From contig CAZOYD010000062.1 in NCBI GenBank assembly GCA_964583985.1, positions 1-20,599 of the forward strand: DNA of 20,599 bases, written 5' to 3'. Positions 1 through 7,629 of this stretch are shown one piece after another (position 1 is the stretch's first letter; each line of letters opens with the position of its first letter). The stretch comes from an uncultured archaeon. Its GTDB lineage: Archaea > Asgardarchaeota > Lokiarchaeia > Sigyniarchaeales > SOKP01. The translations under genes and the position numbers were made by a program. The notes beneath the pieces were generated by a model. The model was not told where the DNA came from. It did no database searches and worked only from the letters and a program-made list of their open reading frames with translations.

Positions 1-188
1 CCGAATATCTTTTCTTTTAATCCAAGCAAGGCATCTAGGATTAGCCTCCTAGGATTATATCGCCCATTAGTAATTTGAGCAACAGGACAAGCACCACTAC
101 ACGTAGCACATTGATAACAATAAGCTAGTGTACTGCCAATATCAGATTGGATGATCTGGTTCCTAAAATCAAAATCGATGGTTGCCAT
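1..188 (-). CDS. hdrC: Heterodisulfide reductase subunit C-like 4Fe-4S protein, 5' part (runs off the window edge)
   Basis: Not in the ORF track. Manual translation from ATG at 188 gives MATIDFDFRNQIIQSDIGSTLAYCYQCATCSGACPVAQITNGRYNPRRLILDALLGLKEKIF. CYQCxTCSGxCP followed by NPRR is the HdrC N-terminal signature. Confidence 0.85.
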   Translation of the reverse strand, partial: MATIDFDFRNQIIQSDIGSTLAYCYQCATCSGACPVAQITNGRYNPRRLILDALLGLKEKIF

Positions 189-317
189 TTTAAACAATAT
201 AGTTTTTCTAGAGTTATATATTTATAACTTTCATTAAATTTTAAAATTAATTCTTTTAAAATTTGCATTTGTGAAAAATTGAATTAAAAAAATTAAGGAA
301 ACTGAGATTTCAGTTTT

Positions 318-674
318 TTACATCTTTGAGATTATTTCTTTTAGTACTGGTTCCCCGGCTGCACCGACCATAATACCGTTACGAACAACTGGTTCATTTT
401 GAACTTCGATAGTTTGTTCCAAAAGGCGACCATCTTTAAAAAAGAGTAAAGTAGGAATAGCTGTTATCCCAAATTTGTTTCCAAGAGGACGGTTTTGATC
501 CAGGTCTACTTTCAATAGTTTAATAAAACCTTCTTTTTCTAACTTTTCGAGGATCGGAGATAACCATTTGCAAGGTCCGCACCAATTCGTATACACATCG
601 ATAATAACCTTTCCTTGTTTCATATTGTCCGAAATCACAAGTCCAAATTCTTTTAATTCTTCAATGCTCAACAT
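318..674 (-). CDS. trxA: Thioredoxin
   Basis: WCGPC active site and cis-Pro motif AIPTLLFFKDG; short insertion before the last strand; 118 aa. Confidence 0.93.
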   Translation of the reverse strand: MLSIEELKEFGLVISDNMKQGKVIIDVYTNWCGPCKWLSPILEKLEKEGFIKLLKVDLDQNRPLGNKFGITAIPTLLFFKDGRLLEQTIEVQNEPVVRNGIMVGAAGEPVLKEIISKM

Positions 675-937
675 TTAATCTACCATAAAAATTTATGTGA
701 TAAGTGAATTATTGAAGAAAATAATATTCTTTTCCTTATATTAGTTTCAGTTATGAAAATCAAGAGAAATGTAGTAGGTTTTGGCATTTTCATAAGTAAT
801 GTGATGATGATCCAAAAATTCACTACTTTTTTGTTTTAAATCATACTGAACATCCATTAATTGAATTAAAAACTTTATTATACCTCTAATATTCTTCAAA
901 TATAATTTAATTTAATGCTAATCTAGTTGTATAAATA

Positions 938-1441
938 ATGAACTATTCAAGGAATGAATTAGTGCAATCCGAAGCTACAATGAATCAAATGAGGAATGCT
1001 ATTTACCACCTGCAACGATTTATGAAAAAGAATGATTTAACTGAGATTAAAGAAAGATTCAAAAGAATGGGTAAAAATATTGCCCATACTTATGTGAAAT
1101 ATTGGAAACCAGTTAACAAATTTGATCTCAGCAATATTAGTGATGGTCTAGCAACAATATATAAAAATATCCTTAATAGCACGGTTACAATTGAAATTGA
1201 TTCATATAACAAAACTATTACGGTTAAAGATAATGATTGTGCTTTGTGTAAGTATCAATTTGAAGATATTAACGTAGCAGGTTGTGAGATAACTACTAAT
1301 ATGATAGCTGAATTCGTGAACCTTATTAATGCTCAATTTGGCGTTCCCTTCGCTTTAGAACCTTCCAATATTAAAGAATCACGTGCTTTGGGAAATAAAG
1401 CTTGTATTCACGTTTATAAGTATATTGAAGGAGGTAAATAA
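938..1441 (+). CDS. V4R/Bet3 (TRAPP)-fold protein, Bet3-like, 167 aa
   Basis: Helix RFKRMGKNIA resembles the Bet3-family L-x-x-M-G-x-N-I-G helix. V4R-type cysteine pattern DCALC...GCE...SRALGNKAC. Size matches a single Bet3 domain. Confidence 0.7.
   Translation: MNYSRNELVQSEATMNQMRNAIYHLQRFMKKNDLTEIKERFKRMGKNIAHTYVKYWKPVNKFDLSNISDGLATIYKNILNSTVTIEIDSYNKTITVKDNDCALCKYQFEDINVAGCEITTNMIAEFVNLINAQFGVPFALEPSNIKESRALGNKACIHVYKYIEGGK
1430..1435 (+). promoter_or_regulatory. Shine-Dalgarno site coupling the two Bet3/V4R-fold genes
   Basis: GGAGGT inside the 3' end of 938..1441, 8 nt before ATG 1444; the junction reads TAATAATG. Confidence 0.75.
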
Positions 1442-1443
1442 TA

Positions 1444-2919
1444 ATGGGAACAGTTCAATGGCTATTAAAAAAAATAACAAAAATATTTGGAAGGACTACT
1501 AATTCATTGTTCTATACACTTCTCTATCGAGAGATATTGAAAGAGATTAATGAAATAACAGAGAATGAAGAAGATACTCTCCTCCTTTTGAGAGAAATTG
1601 GAAGAAGAGCTTCATTTGAATCTTGCAATCGACATCCCACTGTGTTCAAATTTATGCCTGGAAATCCTCAAAAAGTACTTGAATATTTTGAATTATTATG
1701 GGTTGTGGTTTTTGGAAAAGAGCTTGCTGAAGGGGATTTAACATATGAAGAAGTGATAAATAAAGATGCAAAATATAATAATTACATACTTAAAATTAAG
1801 ACGTGTCCTATCTGTGCTGGCTATGGTCAAGATGAAGAAGATACCTTTAATTTTAGAAAGATAAAGAACCCTAATACAGAAGGTTTAGCATGTGGTTTAA
1901 CAGGAATGTTAGAAAGCGTAGCAAATTACATTCTCAATATAAAAAAAAGCGAATACCGTATATCAATATATGAACAAAAATGCATGGCTAAAGAAGAAGA
2001 ATGCCTCCAATTTTCTTGTAAAATTTATGATGTATCTGAATGGGAAAAGATCTCCTCTAAAAGTATCCAAGATCAACTAAAATCTGGTGTATTTTTTGAG
2101 GAATCGAGTGTCGAAGAACCAGTAATTGATACAAAAATGGATTTTATTGATAAGCTCCAAGATGTCATATCATTGGATAAAATTGAAGAATTACTAGACG
2201 AACCACTAGAAGGCATTAAACAAAAAGTTGCTGAATTAATAAGAGATAAATTAAACATGGAACCTAATCATTTTTTTGAATACTTTCGAAATTATGAAGA
2301 TGATCTTATTAGAATCATTGGATTCCTCATGGTTCATCTTTTAAATGAATATGGTGGGTTAATTGAGAAAATATTAGAAAATGAAACATTTTCGAAAATT
2401 GTGGGTTATTTCTTCAAACAACTAAAAGAATTTACTATGCTTTTTATTCCCATAGACGTGATTAATGATTATCATCAATTAATGGTCAGTTTCTTGGAGG
2501 GTTTAGCACCACCTGAAATGGTAGAAAATATAAAAAAATTTAATGGAAAGGATGATATTAATTTCTTTTATGAAGGTGCTCAAATGGCGCTTGAGAACCT
2601 TGGTATAAATTTTACTGAATTAAAAGAGAATGTGTGGGAAGAATTAAGAAGGGAGAAAAAGGATGAATTAATATCTTCGGATCCCTCAATGAGAGACAAA
2701 ACCGAAGAGCAACTTCCAAAAATCATCCGAATTGTACAAGAAATTTTAATGCTAATCGGTGATATTTTTACTTTACCATTGAGAGTATTAATTTCAGAAA
2801 GCCATTACGGATTAAAAACAGCCATAAATTCAGTTATTTCTGAAGAAGAGGGTTTATATGGTAAAATCAAAGCTAGACTTGATGTTATATTTGATTATAT
2901 TCAAGAGATCCGTAAATAA
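1444..2919 (+). CDS. Bet3/Trs31-like (TRAPP/V4R-fold) N-terminal domain fused to a ~290-aa helical C-terminal region
   Basis: Residues ~19-195 carry NSLFYTLLYREIL..ENEED..LREIGRR, W-x3-FGKE, CPIC, LACGLTGMLESV and EQKCMAKEEECLQF, which match Bet3-family helices plus V4R cysteines. The C-terminal part is acidic, helical and amphipathic. Confidence 0.72.
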   Translation: MGTVQWLLKKITKIFGRTTNSLFYTLLYREILKEINEITENEEDTLLLLREIGRRASFESCNRHPTVFKFMPGNPQKVLEYFELLWVVVFGKELAEGDLTYEEVINKDAKYNNYILKIKTCPICAGYGQDEEDTFNFRKIKNPNTEGLACGLTGMLESVANYILNIKKSEYRISIYEQKCMAKEEECLQFSCKIYDVSEWEKISSKSIQDQLKSGVFFEESSVEEPVIDTKMDFIDKLQDVISLDKIEELLDEPLEGIKQKVAELIRDKLNMEPNHFFEYFRNYEDDLIRIIGFLMVHLLNEYGGLIEKILENETFSKIVGYFFKQLKEFTMLFIPIDVINDYHQLMVSFLEGLAPPEMVENIKKFNGKDDINFFYEGAQMALENLGINFTELKENVWEELRREKKDELISSDPSMRDKTEEQLPKIIRIVQEILMLIGDIFTLPLRVLISESHYGLKTAINSVISEEEGLYGKIKARLDVIFDYIQEIRK

Positions 2920-2940
2920 AATAAAAAAAATAAAAATTTT
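2920..2940 (-). terminator. Probable oligo-T terminator between convergent genes
   Basis: A-tracts on + (T-tracts on -) immediately after the stop of the 7TM gene; the convergent gap is 21 nt. Confidence 0.4.
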
Positions 2941-3639
2941 TTAAGTTTTTAATCCTAGATACATCCAAAGAGCAAACGTCATCATAACTCCTCGAACAAA
3001 ACCTATCGCTATACCCGGAGGTACTATTGAATCTAATGCACCACAAACAACAAATATAGTAAAACCTAATCCTAAGTATATGAATTTTTTTCTCAAATCT
3101 CCAGTTGCTTGTTTGGCTTTTATAAAAAAACCAATACCAAGTAAAATTAATGTAGCAACAAGAAACACTGCCACCATTAAAAATGTTGGATGAGACCTGA
3201 CAAAACTAGCGTCAATTAAATCCTCACCAGGATTAATAAGTGTCCATGTGAAAGATTCGCTTGTTTGGAACCATAAAAAATATTCAAATACTAATCCTAA
3301 TGCTATAAATATTCCTACGAGTACCCATTTTTTTTTTGGAAACATTAAGGATCCACCAAGATACATTGCTACAATTAAAGCAGGAGCAACCCAGAAATAA
3401 CTCAAGAGGGAATATAAATAAATTGGTGTAATATTTGTGTGGAAAAAAACCACCATGATAAAATCTATAAAAGGTCCCAACCATAAGAAACCAACAAAAA
3501 ACATTGTCAAACCGGCCCAAGCTAACAGTTTCGCTCCTAGCTTATTCGCACGATAAAATGATAACAATCCGAAGATAGTTGCAGATAAAATTATTCCTGA
3601 TGCTGTAAGACCATCTAACAATCCTAATACATCTACCAT
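2941..3639 (-). CDS. Stand-alone seven-transmembrane protein (HisKA_7TM-like sensor-type fold possible)
   Basis: Seven hydrophobic segments in 232 aa, basic cytoplasmic loops (RANK, PKKKW, DLRKK), a longer loop between TM4 and TM5, and no soluble output domain. Confidence 0.75.
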   Translation of the reverse strand: MVDVLGLLDGLTASGIILSATIFGLLSFYRANKLGAKLLAWAGLTMFFVGFLWLGPFIDFIMVVFFHTNITPIYLYSLLSYFWVAPALIVAMYLGGSLMFPKKKWVLVGIFIALGLVFEYFLWFQTSESFTWTLINPGEDLIDASFVRSHPTFLMVAVFLVATLILLGIGFFIKAKQATGDLRKKFIYLGLGFTIFVVCGALDSIVPPGIAIGFVRGVMMTFALWMYLGLKT

Positions 3640-3887
3640 TTTGATATCATATCCTTTTTTTAGTTAATAGTTAAATTTTATTTATTATTATATTGTGAAT
3701 TTTGTATTTATATTTATAATAATATCTTTATTGATTCCATTTTTTTTCTCAACAATAAGATTCTTTCATTCAAAATCATCCTTTAATATGCAAAAAAAGA
3801 TAATTATTATAACAAAATGATATAAATATTATTAAGATATAATTTAACAAATTCTATAAAAACATTCTAAATTTTAGAGGTTGTATT

Positions 3888-6476
3888 ATGAGAAATTTAA
3901 CAAAAAAAGCAGTAATAAAATTATCAGTATTTATTCCTTTTACTGTTATCTTAATGACGGTCTTTTCGATACCTTTTATGGGGTTACCCTCATTAGGTGG
4001 GCTTTTATTTCCCGGAAATGGATTATGGAAAGTTCCAGGAGATCTTCCAGTCGCAGAAAGGTTAGATATTCAAGGGTTGAGAGGTGAAGTAACAGTTATA
4101 CGTGATGAATGGGGCATCCCTCATATTTATGCTTCATACGAAGAAGATCTTTTTTTTGCTCAAGGTTATTGTCATGCTCAGGATAGACTTTTCCAAATGG
4201 ATATGACTCGGCGCCAAGTACGAGGAATGTTGTCAGAAATATTAGGGGAAGATTTATTAGCTACAGATGAGTTAATGCTTGCTATAGGGATGGAAGATTG
4301 GGCAATTAAAACTGATGATTTGTTTAGAAAAATGTATAGTAATGGGACATTTCAATACTTTAGTTCTTTTGAAAGGTATGTTGATGGAATAAACTACTAC
4401 ATTGGAACTCATCAAGATGTCCTTCCATTAGAATATCATTTATTGGGTTTAAAACCTACTGAATGGAGTACCATTGATACGTTATGTTTAGTGCAAGAAA
4501 TGGCGAGGCAGATGTCTTGGAATTATCATGATTTGGATAGATACTCTGCTCTTTTAGCATTGAATACTATTAATCTTACTTATTATAATGAATTATATGG
4601 ACTTACCCTACCGTACCAAATTCCTATTGTCCCTGATTACGGAGCATTCCCAGAAAGTCCAATGAAAGCTGGATTTAAATTAAATCCTAGTCTCGTTTTA
4701 AATGCAGAAATTCAGAACCTCCTAACTAATGTTCAAAAAATAGATTCGGAGAAAATTTTGATGGAGAACCAAAAGGATCAAATAATTGGGTCAAATAATT
4801 GGGTTATTAATGGTTCTTTAAGCAATACAGGTGCACCAATTTTATGCAACGATATGCACCTTGGTTGGATGATGCCTGGAGTATGGTATGAACAAGATTT
4901 AAAGGCAGAAGATACTGGATTTCATGTATATGGATTTATAATACCTGGTATGCCTGGTGTTGCAGTAGGTCATAATGAAAGAGTCGGTTGGGGATTTACC
5001 AATACAGGATATGATGTTATAGATTGGTACTATTATAATACTGACGGACCAAATCAATACATTTACAATGGCACTTCAATACCTTATACCGAAAAAACCT
5101 ATGACATTAATGTTAAAGGAAAGGAACCTGTAGAATTTACTGTTAGACATACAGTCCATGGTCCTGTGCTCAGCGATTTGTCCAAAAGATTGCCAGAATC
5201 CTTAGGAGAAATAGTCATAGCACCAAAATGGATTACTAATGATTACTTCTTCAATATACTTGCGGGTAATGGATTCGATCGAGCATCAAATAGAGCTGAA
5301 TTTGACGAAGCTTCAAAATACTGGACATTGCTTGCACAAAATATAATATATGCTGATATTGATGGAAATATTGCAATTCGACCAACAGGAAAAGTTCCAA
5401 TTCGTGATGATTCTAAAATTCCCTTAGGACATCTTGGTAACGGAACTATCCCTTACAACGGTTCAAATGGGGAAGGTGAATGGATTGGTTACATACCCTT
5501 CGAAGACTTGCCTAATTCTTTAAACCCAGAACAGAAATATTTAGCATCTGCTAATCAAATCGTAGCAGGACCTGATTACACTAGTTATTTCTTGCAAAAT
5601 GAATATGCGGATGGATATAGAGCTAGAAGGATAAATGAACTACTAAGGAATGCAGCTGATGGGTCTATAAGTGTCGAAACCATGAAATTAATCCAAAATG
5701 ATGTAAATTCAACTGCTGCAAGAGCTTTTATTCCGGAATTAATTGATGTGATTCACGATTATTATGGTCCTACTCCCCCCACAAAAATAAATAATGTTCT
5801 CTTAGAATTAGAAAGTTGGCAATTTATAATGGATAAAAATGACGCGGTACCGACTATTTATCGCAAGTGGAGAGATTTTTTCCAAGATTTTACATTTAAT
5901 GACGAAAAGGAAGCATATAACTTTAGCACACAAACAAGAATCGTTGTCTTAGAATATTTAATGAAGGAAGAAAAATCTTCTCATTGGTTTAATGACGTTT
6001 CCACACCAATAAACGAAACTCGAGACGATATTATGATGATAGCATTAAATGCCACAATCGACTGGTTAGAAAAGTTTTATCATTCTGAAGACCCATCGAC
6101 TTGGAGGTGGGGTGACCTACATCAGTCATATTTTACATCTCTTACCCAATTAGATCCACTGAGTAAAGGACCTTATGAAACTAATGGAGAAGCATACACT
6201 ATCAATCCTGCTGGAGTAAATATAGATAATGGAGTTGGAATAGCTAGAGGTGGGTCATCTGAGCGTTTAATTATAGACTTTAGCAATCTCAATAATTCTT
6301 TAAGCGTAATTCCCTCAGGACAACGAGGTCTTTCAAATTCAAAACATTATTCCGATCAGCTAGAGCAACTATTCTTACAAGGAAAATACCATTATCAGTA
6401 TTATACGAATACATTGTCCAACTTTCCATCTTCTTCAATTGAATCTCAATTATTTTTCTTTCCAATAGGAGGTTAA
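3888..6476 (+). CDS. Penicillin acylase / acyl-homoserine-lactone acylase family Ntn hydrolase (peptidase S45), N-terminally membrane anchored
   Basis: Motifs RDEWGIPHIYA, AQGYCHAQDRLFQMD, catalytic GSNNW, NDMHL, HGPV, SANQ and PSGQ. N-terminal hydrophobic segment. GAGGT SD at 3877-3881. Confidence 0.95.
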   Translation: MRNLTKKAVIKLSVFIPFTVILMTVFSIPFMGLPSLGGLLFPGNGLWKVPGDLPVAERLDIQGLRGEVTVIRDEWGIPHIYASYEEDLFFAQGYCHAQDRLFQMDMTRRQVRGMLSEILGEDLLATDELMLAIGMEDWAIKTDDLFRKMYSNGTFQYFSSFERYVDGINYYIGTHQDVLPLEYHLLGLKPTEWSTIDTLCLVQEMARQMSWNYHDLDRYSALLALNTINLTYYNELYGLTLPYQIPIVPDYGAFPESPMKAGFKLNPSLVLNAEIQNLLTNVQKIDSEKILMENQKDQIIGSNNWVINGSLSNTGAPILCNDMHLGWMMPGVWYEQDLKAEDTGFHVYGFIIPGMPGVAVGHNERVGWGFTNTGYDVIDWYYYNTDGPNQYIYNGTSIPYTEKTYDINVKGKEPVEFTVRHTVHGPVLSDLSKRLPESLGEIVIAPKWITNDYFFNILAGNGFDRASNRAEFDEASKYWTLLAQNIIYADIDGNIAIRPTGKVPIRDDSKIPLGHLGNGTIPYNGSNGEGEWIGYIPFEDLPNSLNPEQKYLASANQIVAGPDYTSYFLQNEYADGYRARRINELLRNAADGSISVETMKLIQNDVNSTAARAFIPELIDVIHDYYGPTPPTKINNVLLELESWQFIMDKNDAVPTIYRKWRDFFQDFTFNDEKEAYNFSTQTRIVVLEYLMKEEKSSHWFNDVSTPINETRDDIMMIALNATIDWLEKFYHSEDPSTWRWGDLHQSYFTSLTQLDPLSKGPYETNGEAYTINPAGVNIDNGVGIARGGSSERLIIDFSNLNNSLSVIPSGQRGLSNSKHYSDQLEQLFLQGKYHYQYYTNTLSNFPSSSIESQLFFFPIGG

Positions 6477-6480
6477 AGAA

Positions 6481-6891
6481 ATGGAAATAGAAAAGAGAAC
6501 TTTTTTTATAAGTTTAATCATGGTATTATGTCTAACTATGCTATTAACATTAGTTCCAGTTTGGCAATTAGTTATTATACCCGGTATTATAGCAGGAATA
6601 CTTAACAAATCATTAAAAAATGGAATTTTAAGTGGTTTTATTGGAGTTTCACTTTCATGGGGAATTTATGTTTTATTTGGAGTCATTACAAGAAACGCGT
6701 ACGTGTTTCTTGATCAAGTTGGAGCACTAATTTTTGGAGAAGGATTTGGATGGTTAATTTTAATACTCGTTATGTTTTTAGCCGTTATTTTTGGGGTTAT
6801 GGGAGCTGGAATTGGTAATGGTTTTATGAGTCTAATTCACGCATATTATGAGAAGCATCCTTATCGAGAATCAAAAACAAAACCAGTGTAA
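6481..6891 (+). CDS. Small Gly-rich multi-pass membrane protein, coupled to the acylase
   Basis: About 4 hydrophobic helices with GxxxG motifs; 4-nt gap after the acylase stop; GGAGGT at 6468-6473. Confidence 0.8.
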   Translation: MEIEKRTFFISLIMVLCLTMLLTLVPVWQLVIIPGIIAGILNKSLKNGILSGFIGVSLSWGIYVLFGVITRNAYVFLDQVGALIFGEGFGWLILILVMFLAVIFGVMGAGIGNGFMSLIHAYYEKHPYRESKTKPV

Positions 6892-6909
6892 CAATATAAA
6901 AAACCTGCA

Positions 6910-6919
6910 ATTTTTTTTT
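6910..6919 (+). terminator. Oligo-T terminator after the acylase operon
   Basis: Run of 10 T about 20 nt after the stop at 6891, typical of archaeal intrinsic terminators. Confidence 0.45.
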
Positions 6920-7031
6920 CATTTATTTTGATGTATTTCTAAATTACTGATTCTTAAATCATCTAAATATTAATTAAAAAGATCTAAAATAATCGAGATA
7001 TGAAAATGAGTATAATAAATTAATATGTTCC

Positions 7032-7403
7032 TTAATCTAATAAGGCAGATATTCTATTGGAAACACTCTGGATGTTTAGAAAAACCATTCCGAGACTGCT
7101 TTGCGCACCACACAAAGTACATAAAATGGCATTTTCTCCCGCTTTAGATAAAATGATAATTCCATTTACACCTTCAATCAAAATTCGTTTTAGTTCCCCA
7201 CGATTTAATTCCTCTACTGCACGTTCTGATACACTCTGTATAGCGGCTGACATTGCAGACACGATCCCATCATTAACATTTCTACTTAGGACTGAACAAA
7301 TTGGTAATCCTTGAATACTAACTATAGCAGAACCTTCTATATCCGAGTTAACAGCAGATAATTTTCTTAACAAATCTGTCAATTCGCTGATGTTTTCAGA
7401 CAC
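7032..7403 (-). CDS. Roadblock/LC7 (MglB/LAMTOR-like) domain protein
   Basis: IEGSAIVSIQGLPI..VSAMSAA..ERAVEELNRGELKRILIEG..AIL..LGMVF pattern; GTG start with AGGTGG SD (7413-7418, minus strand). Confidence 0.93.
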   Translation of the reverse strand: MSENISELTDLLRKLSAVNSDIEGSAIVSIQGLPICSVLSRNVNDGIVSAMSAAIQSVSERAVEELNRGELKRILIEGVNGIIILSKAGENAILCTLCGAQSSLGMVFLNIQSVSNRISALLD

Positions 7404-7629
7404 TTTTGACTTCCACCTTGTTTTTTATAATGAGATAAGTAATTTTTGTAAATTAAAACTTACAATCAATACATTTTAAATGAGTAATCGAACATTAAGT
7501 TATATAATCTATTAAACTTAACTTTATTTATTTATTAATGTTTTTTTTATATATTTTTAACTATATCTAATAAATTTGATATTGCTTTTTTAAAAAATAT
7601 TTTTATCAATTTTTACATTTATTACTTAA

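Noticed and set aside
2941-3639. 7TM protein as a rhodopsin
   Set aside because: No retinal-binding lysine motif in helix 7 and no rhodopsin helix-3 motif.
7495-7521. Inverted repeat TTAAGTT...AACTTAA between the roadblock gene and map
   Set aside because: Short and almost all A/T in an extremely AT-rich gap, so it cannot be distinguished from chance.
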